From Candidatus Limnocylindrales bacterium (GTDB taxonomy: Bacteria; Chloroflexota; Limnocylindria; Limnocylindrales; CSP1-4), in assembly GCA_038245845.1 (NCBI GenBank), contig JBBRRZ010000003.1, positions 42,871 through 106,870 of the forward strand: a stretch of 64,000 bases of DNA, given 5' to 3'. The notes under the pieces are model-generated. The model ran no database searches. It saw only the letters and a program-made list of their open reading frames with translations, and was not told the DNA's origin. Positions 1 through 9,361 of the stretch are shown piece after piece (the stretch's first letter is position 1; each line of letters begins with the position of its first letter). Both the position numbers and the translations under genes were made by a program.

Positions 1-22
1 GCTCGCGCTCGGCATCGCGCAC

Positions 23-1303
23 GTGCTCCGACAGGTGACGGCGGCGTTGCCCTCGGGGAGCGTCGTCGGCGACCTCCTCGACGCGGTCACCCTCCAGTTC
101 CTCCCGTACCAGGTCCGCGGCCTGATCGTCGGCAGCCTCGGGGCGACGCTGTTCCTCCTCGGCGCCTACCGGCTGGTCCGCGCGCTCGTGGACCCGTTCG
201 CGCTCTGGGACCGCGACCAGCCGATGGTCGAGGTCATCTACCAGAAGCGGTTTCTCGCCCGTGGGCCGCGGGTCGTCGTCCTGGGCGGCGGGACCGGGCT
301 CTCGACGATGCTCCGCGGGCTCAAGGAGCACACGTCGAACCTGACTGCGGTGGTCACGGTCGCCGACGACGGCGGGTCGTCGGGCGTGCTCCGCACCGAG
401 CTCGGCATCCCTGCCGTCGGCGACATCCGCAACTGCATCGTCGCGCTTGCCGACGCCGAGCCGCTCATGGGCCGGCTGCTCCAGTACCGGTTCCCGGGCG
501 TCGGGCCCGCGACGTCCCACGCGCTGGACGCGGTCCGGTCGCGTGACGCCGAGACCTCGCCCGCAAGCCTCGGCGGCCATGCCGTCGGCAACCTGCTGCT
601 GGCGGCGCTCGTCGAGCTGGAGGACGGCGACTTCGAGCAGGCGGTACGCGAGATGAACCGCGTCCTTGCGGTCCGTGGGCGCGTCGTGCCGGCGACCGGC
701 ACCGTCCTCACCCTCCACGCCCGCCTTGCCGACGGCACCGAGGTCGCAGGGCAGAGCCGCATCGCCAAGGCGTCGAACGTCGATCGCGTCTGGGTCTCGC
801 CCGCGGAGGTGCGACCCACCGACGACGCCCTGCGCGCGATCGCGGACGCGGAGGTCATCGTCCTTGGCCCGGGCAGCCTGTTCACCAGCCTCCTCCCGGT
901 CCTGCTGGTGCCCGGGATCCACGAGGCCGTCGATGATTCGGGCGCCCTCGTCGTCTTCGCGTGCAACGTCGCAACCCAGCCCGGTGAGACCGGCGGCTTC
1001 GACCTCGCTGACCACCTCGACGTGCTCGAGCGCCACGGCCTCGGTGGGTTGCCGGACGTGGTTCTTGGCAACAACCGGTTCAACGCCCAGCCGCCCGGTG
1101 GCTGGACGGCCGAGCCCGTGCGCCTCCGCTGGCCGCCCGCGGGGCGGCACGTCCCTCGCCTCGTGCTCGACGACCTCGTCGACCCGCACAACGCCCATCA
1201 TCACGATCCGGCGCGCCTCGCAGCGGCGGTCATACATGTCTGGGAGCGTGAGGGCGGTCACCGGCGCCGCCCCGCGGTCGCCCGGCCCGGGCGCACGGCC
1301 TGA
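23..1303 (+). CDS. yvcK: YvcK/CofD-family gluconeogenesis/morphogenesis factor (UPF0052) with an N-terminal hydrophobic extension
   Basis: Motifs VVVLGGGTGLSTMLRGLK and VADDGGSSG. Lies directly upstream of whiA, as in Gram-positive genomes. The frame is open to window position 2, so the true start may lie upstream of the window. Confidence 0.85.
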   Translation: MLRQVTAALPSGSVVGDLLDAVTLQFLPYQVRGLIVGSLGATLFLLGAYRLVRALVDPFALWDRDQPMVEVIYQKRFLARGPRVVVLGGGTGLSTMLRGLKEHTSNLTAVVTVADDGGSSGVLRTELGIPAVGDIRNCIVALADAEPLMGRLLQYRFPGVGPATSHALDAVRSRDAETSPASLGGHAVGNLLLAALVELEDGDFEQAVREMNRVLAVRGRVVPATGTVLTLHARLADGTEVAGQSRIAKASNVDRVWVSPAEVRPTDDALRAIADAEVIVLGPGSLFTSLLPVLLVPGIHEAVDDSGALVVFACNVATQPGETGGFDLADHLDVLERHGLGGLPDVVLGNNRFNAQPPGGWTAEPVRLRWPPAGRHVPRLVLDDLVDPHNAHHHDPARLAAAVIHVWEREGGHRRRPAVARPGRTA

Positions 1304-1313
1304 GGGTCGAGGC

Positions 1314-2318
1314 ATGGCCGGCACCGACCGCGACCTCGTCGCCGCCCTGCGCGCGGAGCTCGCGGCCGTCGACCCATCCCGGCCGTGCGACCGGAGCGCG
1401 GAGATCGCGGGCCTCGGTCCGACCCCCATCACCCGCGAGCCGACGGTCGCACGCCTGATCCTGCGGCTCGGTGGGCATGCGGCCGGAGCCACGACGATGG
1501 CGGGCAGCACCCCCCCGCGACCGTCGATGCGTGTCGGCCCGGCCGGGCACGCCGCGGTCTCCACGGGTCACTCGCGGCGCGCGTTCGTGCTCCCCGCCGA
1601 GCCGCTCGAATGGTCGCGGGCCCCCGAGCATTGCCGCCTCGCCTGGTTGCGCGGCCGGTTCCTCGCCCGTGGATCGCTGAGCCTGGCGGGTGGCAGGGCC
1701 CATCTCGAGTTCACCGTTCCCGCGCCCGAGGCCCCGCTGCTGGCCGCGCGGCTCGCCGACATCGGGCTGCCGGCCGCGTGGCGGCTGCGACGCGGCGCCG
1801 GTGTGGTGACCTGGAAGAGCTCGGAGTCGATCGCGGCGTTCCTCGGCCGGATCGGGGCGAGCGCGAGCCTCCTCGAGCTCGAGGCGCGAAGCGTTGCCCG
1901 CTCCCTGCGCGGCGAGCTTAACCGCGTGATCAACGCCGAATCGGCAAACCTGCACCGATCTGTGGCCGCGTCGGGACGCCAGCTCGCGGCGATCGACTCG
2001 CTGGAGGCGGACGGCCGGCTGGCCGAGCAGCCGCGCACGGTGCGGGCGGTCGCCGAGGCGCGCCGTGAGACCCCCGAGGCGTCGCTGTCCGAGATCGCCA
2101 ACCGGCTGGACCTCCACCGGTCCGCCGTGCAAAGGGCCCTCGACCGGCTCGAGCGCCTGGCGCTCCACGACGATGGCGGGATCGGGCGGCGTCGCGGCGA
2201 TCGCGGAGACCGGCCACCTGGCGCGTTCGGGGAGTCGACCGGCCGTCGTCACGGGGGCCGGAGGGGTGCCGCACAGGGGCCGAGCGGCCGGGGGAACGCG
2301 CACGCACCTCTGGCATGA
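1314..2318 (+). CDS. whiA: Sporulation/cell-division transcription regulator WhiA
   Basis: ATG at 1314 lies in the 666..2318 frame, 10 nt after the yvcK stop, preceded by GAGGGTCGAGG. C-terminal HTH ASLSEIANRLDLHRSAVQRALDRLERLA. yvcK-whiA synteny. The Arg/Gly-rich C-terminal tail is unusual. Confidence 0.85.
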   Translation: MAGTDRDLVAALRAELAAVDPSRPCDRSAEIAGLGPTPITREPTVARLILRLGGHAAGATTMAGSTPPRPSMRVGPAGHAAVSTGHSRRAFVLPAEPLEWSRAPEHCRLAWLRGRFLARGSLSLAGGRAHLEFTVPAPEAPLLAARLADIGLPAAWRLRRGAGVVTWKSSESIAAFLGRIGASASLLELEARSVARSLRGELNRVINAESANLHRSVAASGRQLAAIDSLEADGRLAEQPRTVRAVAEARRETPEASLSEIANRLDLHRSAVQRALDRLERLALHDDGGIGRRRGDRGDRPPGAFGESTGRRHGGRRGAAQGPSGRGNAHAPLA

Positions 2319-2325
2319 TCTGGGC

Positions 2326-3111
2326 ATGCGCCCGATCGTGATTGCCGCCAACTGGAAGATGAACACCACCCCCGCCGATGCCGGCGACCTCGCGCGGACC
2401 ATTGCGTCCCGCACGCGTGAGCCCGGCGTCACGCGGGTGATCTGCCCACCGTATGTCAGCCTGGCTGCCGTACGCGATGCGCTGGAGGGCGAGGATGTCG
2501 CCGTCGGAGCGCAGAACGTCCACCAGGAGCTCGGCGGTGCGTACACCGGCGAGATCTCCGTCCCGATGCTCGCGGGCCTCGCGACGTGGGTCATCCTCGG
2601 CCACTCGGAGCGCCGGGCGTCCTTCGCGGAGACGGACGAGCTCGTCGGCAAGAAGCTGGACCGCGCGGTCGCGGGTGGGCTGCGCCCGATCCTGTGCGTC
2701 GGCGAGGTGCTCGCGGACCGAGAGGCCGGACGCGAGACGCAGGTCGTGGACGCACAGCTCCGCGGCAGCCTCGAAGGCCGCGATCCGCAGACCCTGCTTA
2801 CCGCCGGCATCGTCGTCGCCTATGAGCCCGTGTGGGCCATCGGCACCGGCCGCACGGCGAGCGGCGCAGACGCCAACGCCATGGCCGACGCGATCCGCGC
2901 CAGCCTCGTCGCCCTGGGGTGGGGGAGTGGCGCGCAGGACGTGCCGGTCCTCTATGGCGGCAGCGTGACGTCGGCGAACATCGCCGAGTTCCTCGCCGAG
3001 CCCGGCATCGACGGCGCGCTTGTTGGTGGCGCCAGCCTCAAGCCCGACGAGATGGCCGGGATGTGCGCCCGCGCAGCGATCACGGCGGCGGCGCGCGGCC
3101 TCGCACCGTGA
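2326..3111 (+). CDS. tpiA: Triosephosphate isomerase
   Basis: MRPIVIAANWKMN N-terminus and AYEPVWAIGTG active-site motif. Internal ATG of ORF 2065..3111. Confidence 0.95.
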   Translation: MRPIVIAANWKMNTTPADAGDLARTIASRTREPGVTRVICPPYVSLAAVRDALEGEDVAVGAQNVHQELGGAYTGEISVPMLAGLATWVILGHSERRASFAETDELVGKKLDRAVAGGLRPILCVGEVLADREAGRETQVVDAQLRGSLEGRDPQTLLTAGIVVAYEPVWAIGTGRTASGADANAMADAIRASLVALGWGSGAQDVPVLYGGSVTSANIAEFLAEPGIDGALVGGASLKPDEMAGMCARAAITAAARGLAP

Positions 3112-4682
3112 CGGGTGGGCGGCCCCGACCCATCGTTCTCGTCGTCCTCGACGGGTTCGGCATCGGCCACGACCCGAAGGCCGACGCCATCGCTGCCGCC
3201 GCGATGCCCCGCTGGCGTGCGATGGTCGCGGCCAACCCGCACTCGGTCCTGCGCGCGTCCGAGGACGCGGTGGGACTCCCGGTGGGCCAGATGGGCAACT
3301 CCGAGGTCGGGCACCTCAACCTCGGCGCGGGCCGGCCCGTCCTCCAGGACCTGCCCCGGATCGACGCGGCGATCGCCGACGGCTCGTTCGACACTCGCCC
3401 GGCGCTCGTCGATGCGTGTCGGCGTGCGCTCGAGACCGGGCGCCTCCATGCCGTGGGCCTCATCGGGCCCGGCGGCGTCCACGCCAACGACCGCCACCTC
3501 GTCGCGCTCGTGGAGCTCGCGGCCCAGCTCGGGGTTCCCTCGGTCCGCGTCCACGCTCTCCTCGACGGCCGCGACACGCCCCCCAGCTCCGCGCTCGGGT
3601 TCATGACGGACCTCGAGGCGCGCCTCGACGCCGCCCACCCGGATGCGAGGATCGCCACCGTCGGCGGCCGCTACTGGGCGATGGATCGCGACAAGCGATG
3701 GGAGCGCACCGAGCGCGGCTACGACGCGATCGTCCATGGCGCGGGCGATCATGCCCCGTCCGCGACCGCGGCGATCGAGGCCGGCTACGGGCGCGGCGAG
3801 ACTGACGAGTTCCTCGCCCCGACCATCGTCGACGGGGTCGACGGCATCGTCCGCGACCGGGATCCGATCGTCCACTTCAACTTCCGCGCCGACCGCGCCC
3901 GCCAGCTGACCCACGCCCTGGTTGACCCGGCCTTCGCCGACTTCGACCTGGCGGGCCCCGGTGGCGAGCGTCCGCCGGTGGGCATCCTGGTCGTGACGAT
4001 GAGCGAGTACGAGTCCGGGCTGCCGGTGGAGGTCGCCTTCGGCCCCGAGGAGGCACGCTCGCTCGCCCAGGCCTTCAGCGAGGCCGGCTGGACGCAGTTC
4101 CACGTCGCCGAGACCGAGAAGTACGCCCACGTCACCTACTTCTTCAACGGTGGCGTCGAGGCAGCGTGGCCGGGCGAGGTGCGGCGACTCGTGCCCTCGC
4201 CCAAGGTCGCCACGTACGACCTCCAGCCGGAGATGAGCGCTTCGGGCGTGACCGACGAGCTCGTGACGGCGATCCGCTCCGGCAGCTACGACTTCATCGT
4301 CGCCAACTTCGCCAACCCGGACATGGTCGGCCACACGGGCGTCTGGGACGCGACGATCCGCGCGCTCGCGGTGATCGACGTCCAGCTGGGCCGGATCGCG
4401 GACACGATCGCCGAGGTCGAGGCGAGCGACCCTGCCGGGCCCGGCGTGGCCCTGTTCGTCACCGCCGATCACGGGAACGCCGACGACATGGTCGACGAGG
4501 CGGGGAACCCCGTCACCAAGCACTCGCTCAACCCGGTGCCGTTCCTGGGCACAGGTCGCGCGCTGGTCGGCCGGAGCCTCCGCGACGGGGTGCTCGCCGA
4601 CGTCGCCCCGACGATCCTGGAGCTTGCCGACCTCCCCGCGTGGCCCGGGATGACCGGCCGCTCGCTGCTGGACGGGGCCTGA
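3108..4682 (+). CDS. gpmI: 2,3-bisphosphoglycerate-independent phosphoglycerate mutase
   Basis: VLDGFGIG, GNSEVGHLNLGAGR and TADHGNAD motifs. GTG at 3108 overlaps the tpiA stop (GTGA). Confidence 0.93.
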   Translation: MTGGRPRPIVLVVLDGFGIGHDPKADAIAAAAMPRWRAMVAANPHSVLRASEDAVGLPVGQMGNSEVGHLNLGAGRPVLQDLPRIDAAIADGSFDTRPALVDACRRALETGRLHAVGLIGPGGVHANDRHLVALVELAAQLGVPSVRVHALLDGRDTPPSSALGFMTDLEARLDAAHPDARIATVGGRYWAMDRDKRWERTERGYDAIVHGAGDHAPSATAAIEAGYGRGETDEFLAPTIVDGVDGIVRDRDPIVHFNFRADRARQLTHALVDPAFADFDLAGPGGERPPVGILVVTMSEYESGLPVEVAFGPEEARSLAQAFSEAGWTQFHVAETEKYAHVTYFFNGGVEAAWPGEVRRLVPSPKVATYDLQPEMSASGVTDELVTAIRSGSYDFIVANFANPDMVGHTGVWDATIRALAVIDVQLGRIADTIAEVEASDPAGPGVALFVTADHGNADDMVDEAGNPVTKHSLNPVPFLGTGRALVGRSLRDGVLADVAPTILELADLPAWPGMTGRSLLDGA

Positions 4683-4705
4683 CGTCGGGCCTGGCCGCCC
4701 GACTC

Positions 4706-4714
4706 TGCTACCAT
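4706..4714 (+). promoter_or_regulatory. Putative extended -10 (TGCTACCAT) upstream of secG
   Basis: TGnTAnnnT-type element 35 nt upstream of the secG GTG. A GGAGG Shine-Dalgarno follows at about 4732. Confidence 0.4.
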
Positions 4715-4748
4715 CCGGCCTCGTCATACCTCGGAGGTCATCCAACCC

Positions 4749-4967
4749 GTGAATCCGATCCTCGCCGTGGGCCAGCTCCTCGTGAGCATCGCGCTCGTCG
4801 CGGCGATCCTGCTGCAGTCGCGCGGCACCGGCCTGTCCGGCACCTTCGGCGGCGACTCGGCCGTGTATCGCAGCCGCCGTGGCGTCGAGCGCCGCCTGTG
4901 GCAGTTCACGCTCCTCCTGCTCGGCCTGTTCGTGCTCTTCGCGCTGGTCGCCTTCACGACCCAGTAG
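4749..4967 (+). CDS. secG: Preprotein translocase subunit SecG
   Basis: 72-aa two-TM protein, LLQSRGTGLSGTFGG motif. Position after the glycolytic genes is typical. Confidence 0.85.
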   Translation: MNPILAVGQLLVSIALVAAILLQSRGTGLSGTFGGDSAVYRSRRGVERRLWQFTLLLLGLFVLFALVAFTTQ

Positions 4968-5007
4968 GCCGGCCCCGCTCACAGCGGCCGTCCCCGGTCA
5001 ACCGCCG

Positions 5008-6738
5008 ATGTCCATGACCCGCCGCGACAACGCGGTCGTCGCCGTCCTCGTCCTCGTCCTCGTCGTGCTGGCTGGCGCGCTGGCGATCCCCAGCAGCCTG
5101 CCCGCGGCCGCCGTCGTCGAGCCGACGTCCGCACCCACCCTGCCGCCGCCCATCACGTACCGCGAAGGCGTCGTCGGCATCCCCGCGTCGATCACGCCGC
5201 TGACGGCTCGAACGCGCGCCGAGAAGACGCTCGTGGGGCTCGTGTTCAGCGGCCTCATGCGGATGGGCCCGGACCGCTTGCTCCAGCCCGACCTCGCCGA
5301 GTCCTGGTCCGTGTCCGCGGACGGCATGACGTTCACGTTCGTGATCCGGGCCGATGCGACCTGGTCGGACGGGACGCCGGTCACCTCCGCCGACGTCGTG
5401 TACACGGTCGACGCCCTCAAGAGCCCCGATTCCGGCGGTGCCGCGGCCGCGTCGTGGGCCGAGGTGACCGTCTCCGCGATCGATGAACGGACGGTCACGT
5501 TCGCGCTGGCAACGCCGGTCGGCGGCTTCCTCGCCGCCACCACCCAGGCACTCCTGCCAGCGCACCTCCTGGGCGGCGTGCCGTTTGCCGATCTCGCAAC
5601 CAGCGACTTCGCGCACAACCCCGTCGGCACGGGCGCCTTCGCGCTGACGCAGCTCGACGACACGAGGGCGGTCCTCCTGCCCTCGGCGCTCCTCGAGACA
5701 CCGTTCGAGACGCCGACCGCGCCCTCCGCGTCCCCGGACTCGCTGGCGACTCCCGTCCCGCAAGCGACGCCCGGCCGTCCGATGCCCTGGATCGAGCGGA
5801 TCGAGGTCAGGTTCTACCCGGACGACGCGGCCGTCGTGGCGGCCCTCCAGGCGGGCGACATCGATGCGGCCGCGGGTCTCGGGCCGGACGCAGCATCGAC
5901 GGCCGGCGCCATCGCGGGCGTCGACCGCATGCGCTACCCGACCACGACCCTCGCGACCGCGCTGCTCAACCTGCGCCCCGGCCATCCCGAGCTGCGTGAC
6001 CCGCGGGTGCGCAAGGCGCTGCTCGCGGGCCTCGACCGGGACTCGCTCGTCTCGGATGTCCTCGGTGGGGACGCGGTCCGCGCCGATGCGCTGGTCCCAC
6101 CCAACTCGTGGGCGTACGACGTTGCCACGGCGGGGACTGTCAACCACGACGTGAAGGCCGCCGCGAAGCTCCTGACCGCGGCCGGCTGGAAGAAGGTCGA
6201 CGGCGCGTGGGCTGCCCCCAAGGCGACGGCGCCGTATGACCTCCAGCTGCTGAGCGTGCCCGCGACGTCGAACGCGCGGCTCGCCGCCACCGCGGCGTTC
6301 GTCCGCGACGAGTGGACGGCCCTGGGCTTCAAGGTGACGCTGGTCGAGAAGCCCGCCCAGGAGCTCGCCACGGACCTCCGCGCCGGCGACTTCACGGCGG
6401 CGGTGCTCGACATCGCCATGGGCCTCGAGCCCGACCTGTACCCATTGCTCGCGTCGAGCCAGGTCCGAGCGTCCGGGTCGAACCTCTCGGGCTACCAGGA
6501 CCCAGCGCTCGACACCCTCCTGGAGGCCGCTCGGGCACCCGGCGACCTGGCCGTCCGGGTCAAGGCGTGGCAGGCGCTGCTGGCCGCAATCGCCACCCGC
6601 CAGCCCATGCTGCCGCTCGCATGGGGCGAGGAATCGATGTTCGTCCGGGGGGTCGAGGGCATCACCCCGACCCTCATCGCGGACACCGGCGACCGGTATT
6701 GGGATGTGCTAGCATGGCGCCCCGCTGCGGACCGGTGA
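5008..6738 (+). CDS. ABC-transporter substrate-binding protein, family 5 (peptide/nickel type), N-terminal TM anchor
   Basis: Internal ATG (MSMTRRDNAVVAVLVLVLVV...) of ORF 4879..6738. WSDGTPVTSADVVYT-type SBP_bac_5 motif. No permease or ATPase genes adjacent. Confidence 0.8.
   Translation: MSMTRRDNAVVAVLVLVLVVLAGALAIPSSLPAAAVVEPTSAPTLPPPITYREGVVGIPASITPLTARTRAEKTLVGLVFSGLMRMGPDRLLQPDLAESWSVSADGMTFTFVIRADATWSDGTPVTSADVVYTVDALKSPDSGGAAAASWAEVTVSAIDERTVTFALATPVGGFLAATTQALLPAHLLGGVPFADLATSDFAHNPVGTGAFALTQLDDTRAVLLPSALLETPFETPTAPSASPDSLATPVPQATPGRPMPWIERIEVRFYPDDAAVVAALQAGDIDAAAGLGPDAASTAGAIAGVDRMRYPTTTLATALLNLRPGHPELRDPRVRKALLAGLDRDSLVSDVLGGDAVRADALVPPNSWAYDVATAGTVNHDVKAAAKLLTAAGWKKVDGAWAAPKATAPYDLQLLSVPATSNARLAATAAFVRDEWTALGFKVTLVEKPAQELATDLRAGDFTAAVLDIAMGLEPDLYPLLASSQVRASGSNLSGYQDPALDTLLEAARAPGDLAVRVKAWQALLAAIATRQPMLPLAWGEESMFVRGVEGITPTLIADTGDRYWDVLAWRPAADR
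6707..6715 (+). promoter_or_regulatory. Putative extended -10 (TGCTAGCAT) for the tRNA-Leu/Leu/Val cluster
   Basis: Motif lies inside the 3' end of the SBP gene, about 50 nt upstream of tRNA-Leu(CAG). Confidence 0.4.
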
Positions 6739-6767
6739 GCTTTCGGGCGACCCGGACCTGGCGTCGG

Positions 6768-6853
6768 GCCGAGGTGGCGGAATGGTAGACGCGCTGGTTT
6801 CAGGTACCAGTGATCGCAAGGTCGTGTGGGTTCGACTCCCTCCCTCGGTACCA
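6768..6853 (+). tRNA. tRNA-Leu (anticodon CAG)
   Basis: Cloverleaf read by eye: acceptor GCCGAGG/CCTCGGT, anticodon loop TTCAGGT, long variable arm, TTCGACT T-loop, encoded CCA. Confidence 0.9.
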
Positions 6854-6893
6854 GCCCCCTGGGGGCTTCCGACAACAGCCCCGCAGGTCACCT

Positions 6894-6978
6894 GCCCAGG
6901 TGGCGGAATTGGTATACGCGTACGTTTGAGGGGCGTATGAGGCAACTCATCCGGGTTCAAGTCCCGGCCTGGGCACCA
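6894..6978 (+). tRNA. tRNA-Leu (anticodon GAG)
   Basis: Acceptor GCCCAGG/CCTGGGC, anticodon loop TTGAGGG, long variable arm, TTCAAGT T-loop, encoded CCA. Confidence 0.9.
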
Positions 6979-7048
6979 CTCTCCTGACCCTCTGCGGGCG
7001 GCCCGACGGCCGCCCGTTCGTGTGTCTCGGGCCTGTGCCGGCTCGCCC

Positions 7049-7125
<77 letters not shown>

Positions 7126-7188
7126 CCGCCAGCGCGGCGGTATGCTGGATCGCAGGGGCGTGCGCCCGCCGCACTCTGAGGAGGCTCC

Positions 7189-7752
7189 ATGGAACTGATC
7201 GTGATCATCGCGATCCTCGTCGTCATCGTCCTGGTCGTCATCGGGATCTACAACGGGCTCGTCTCGCGGCGCAACCGCATCGACGAGGCCTTCGCGCAGA
7301 TCGAGGTCCAGCTCAAGCGCCGGCACGACCTGATCCCGAACCTCGTTGCCGCCGTGAAGGGCTACATGGGGTTCGAGCAGTCCGTCCTGACCAAGGTGAC
7401 CGAGGCCCGGGCGAGCGCCGTCGCCGCTGGCGCCCAGGGTCCGGCCCAGCAGGCCGCGGCCGAGAACCAGCTGACCGGCGCGCTGCGCTCGCTGTTCGCG
7501 GTGGTCGAGAACTACCCGGACCTCAAGGCGAACCAGAACGTCATGCAGCTCCAGGAGGAGCTCGCGACGACCGAGAACCAGATCAGCTTCTCGCGCCAGC
7601 ACTACAACGCCACCGTCCTGGACTACAACACGGCGATCCAGACGCTCCCGGCTGCCCTCTTCGCCAGCATCCTCGGCTTCGTGAAGCGCGAGTTCTTCGA
7701 TGCCGGCCCCGAGGCGCAGGCCGTCCCGAGCGTCGACCTCAGCCTGAGCTGA
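7189..7752 (+). CDS. lemA: LemA family membrane protein
   Basis: N-terminal TM helix, then NRIDEAFAQIEVQLKRRHDLIPNLV, the LemA signature region. GAGGAGG SD upstream. Confidence 0.9.
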   Translation: MELIVIIAILVVIVLVVIGIYNGLVSRRNRIDEAFAQIEVQLKRRHDLIPNLVAAVKGYMGFEQSVLTKVTEARASAVAAGAQGPAQQAAAENQLTGALRSLFAVVENYPDLKANQNVMQLQEELATTENQISFSRQHYNATVLDYNTAIQTLPAALFASILGFVKREFFDAGPEAQAVPSVDLSLS

Positions 7753-7809
7753 GCGGAGGCGTCCGGCACCCAGCCGGCGTCCTCGTGACGCCGGCCTGAG
7801 GCCCGCCCC

Positions 7810-8877
7810 ATGGCGACCTTCTACGACCAGATCGGCGCGAACAAGCGCAACTCGGTCCTCCTCGTCCTCGCGGTGGTGGTCCTCCTGGGACTGCTCGGCC
7901 TGCTGATCGGCTGGGCGGTCACCGGTGACCCGCGCGCGGCGCTGCCGAGCCTCGGCATCGCCGTGGGCATCGGCCTTATCGCGTCGCTGTTCTCGTATTA
8001 CGGCGGCGACTCGCTGGTGCTCTCGATCTCGGGCGCCAAGGAGGTCACCGCAGAGGACGCGCCGCAGCTGCTCAACGTCGTCCAGGAGATGGCACTGGCG
8101 GCAAACGTGCCGATGCCCAAGGTCTACCTGATCAACGACACGGCGCCGAACGCCTTCGCGACCGGCCGCGACCCCCAGCACGCGTCCGTGGCGATCACGA
8201 TCGGCCTGCTCCAGAAGCTCGACCGCGAGGAGCTCCAGGGCGTCATGGCCCACGAGCTCAGCCACGTCCGCAACTTCGACATCCGGTTCTCGCTCATGGT
8301 GGGCGTGCTCGTGGGCTCGATCGCGCTGCTCGCGGACTTCTTCCTGCGCTTCACGTTCTGGGGCGGCGGACGACGCGGACGGAGCGACTCGGACTCGGGT
8401 GGCGGCGCCCTCCAGATCGTGGTCATGGTCCTCGCGATCGTCCTCGCGATCCTCGCGCCGATCGTGGCGCGGCTCGTCCAGATGGCGGTCAGCCGCCAGC
8501 GCGAGTACCTCGCGGACGTCTCGGGCGTGGAGCTGACGCGGAACCCGGTAGGCCTCGAGCGGGCGCTGGCGAAGATCACCCTCGACACGGAGCCGCTCGA
8601 GGTCGCCAACCGTGCGACCCAGCACCTGTACTTCGACAACCCGATCAAGGCCGCGACCGGGAAATCGTCGAACCTGTTCTCGACCCACCCGGCGGCCCTG
8701 GACCGGATCAACCGACTGCGCCAGCTGAGCGGCCAGCCCGCGGTCACGAGCCCGGAGCAGGTGCTCGACGTGGATGTGGCGCGCACGACCTTCGCGCCCC
8801 CGGCGCCGCCCGTGGCGCCGGGGGCGCCGACCTCGTCCACGCCGTCCGCGCCATCCGGCTGGAACCGGCCGTCGTGA
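7810..8877 (+). CDS. htpX: M48-family zinc metalloprotease (HtpX-like)
   Basis: HELSHVRNFD (HExxH) motif and multiple TM segments. LemA-M48 protease pairing is a known conserved neighbourhood. Confidence 0.85.
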   Translation: MATFYDQIGANKRNSVLLVLAVVVLLGLLGLLIGWAVTGDPRAALPSLGIAVGIGLIASLFSYYGGDSLVLSISGAKEVTAEDAPQLLNVVQEMALAANVPMPKVYLINDTAPNAFATGRDPQHASVAITIGLLQKLDREELQGVMAHELSHVRNFDIRFSLMVGVLVGSIALLADFFLRFTFWGGGRRGRSDSDSGGGALQIVVMVLAIVLAILAPIVARLVQMAVSRQREYLADVSGVELTRNPVGLERALAKITLDTEPLEVANRATQHLYFDNPIKAATGKSSNLFSTHPAALDRINRLRQLSGQPAVTSPEQVLDVDVARTTFAPPAPPVAPGAPTSSTPSAPSGWNRPS

Positions 8878-8919
8878 CGCCCTCCCAGGCACCTATCCTT
8901 GCCGCTCGATCGGCGCGCA

Positions 8920-8928
8920 TGGTATTCT
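8920..8928 (+). promoter_or_regulatory. Putative extended -10 (TGGTATTCT) for the tRNA-Phe/Gly/Gln/Cys cluster
   Basis: TGnTAnnnT element about 40 nt upstream of tRNA-Phe. Confidence 0.4.
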
Positions 8929-8966
8929 GCGCCGCGCCGACGGGCCCTCGCGGGGGCCTTGACCGG

Positions 8967-9042
8967 GCCGAGATAGCTCAGTTGGTAGAGCACGCGACTG
9001 AAAATCGCGGTGTCGCCAGTTCGAATCTGGCTCTCGGCACCA
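8967..9042 (+). tRNA. tRNA-Phe (anticodon GAA)
   Basis: Acceptor GCCGAGA/TCTCGGC, anticodon loop CTGAAAA, TTCGAAT T-loop, encoded CCA. Confidence 0.92.
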
Positions 9043-9060
9043 TCACCTGGTCGGCATCGA

Positions 9061-9136
9061 GCGGAAGTGGCTCAGTTGGTAGAGCATCACCTTGCCAAGG
9101 TGAGGGTCGCGGGTTCGAGTCCCGTCTTCCGCTCCA
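9061..9136 (+). tRNA. tRNA-Gly (anticodon GCC)
   Basis: Acceptor GCGGAAG/CTTCCGC, anticodon loop TTGCCAA, TTCGAGT T-loop, encoded CCA. Confidence 0.92.
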
Positions 9137-9174
9137 TTTCCTTTTGCATACCCGAGATCGACTTCCGGCACCGC

Positions 9175-9248
9175 TGCCCCTTCGTCTAGTGGTAGGACAG
9201 CGGACTTTGGATCCGTTAGCCGAGGTTCGAATCCTCGAGGGGCAGCCA
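9175..9248 (+). tRNA. tRNA-Gln (anticodon TTG)
   Basis: Acceptor TGCCCCT/AGGGGCA, D-arm GTCTAGTGGTAGGAC, anticodon loop CTTTGGA, encoded CCA. Confidence 0.88.
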
Positions 9249-9284
9249 ACCTGACATCATCCCCGGCGCCATCGCCGGAACCTT

Positions 9285-9361
9285 GGCGACGTGGCGAAGT
9301 GGCCCAACGCGGGGGTCTGCAAAACCCTTATTCATCGGTTCGAATCCGATCGTCGCCTCCA
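9285..9361 (+). tRNA. tRNA-Cys (anticodon GCA)
   Basis: Acceptor GGCGACG/CGTCGCC, anticodon loop CTGCAAA, TTCGAAT T-loop, encoded CCA. Confidence 0.9.

Noticed and set aside
666-1313. Long N-terminal extension of the whiA frame (ORF 666..2318) overlapping yvcK. The ORF-track N-terminal extensions of tpiA, gpmI, ssb, ilvE, gmk, rpe, plsX, trmD, rplS, rnhB, rpsB, frr, uppS and the CaCA gene are analogous.
   Set aside because: The extensions are Arg/Pro/Ser-rich, overlap the well-supported upstream gene, and precede internal starts. Those internal starts reproduce the canonical N-termini and often have an SD or an ATGA/GTGA coupling junction.
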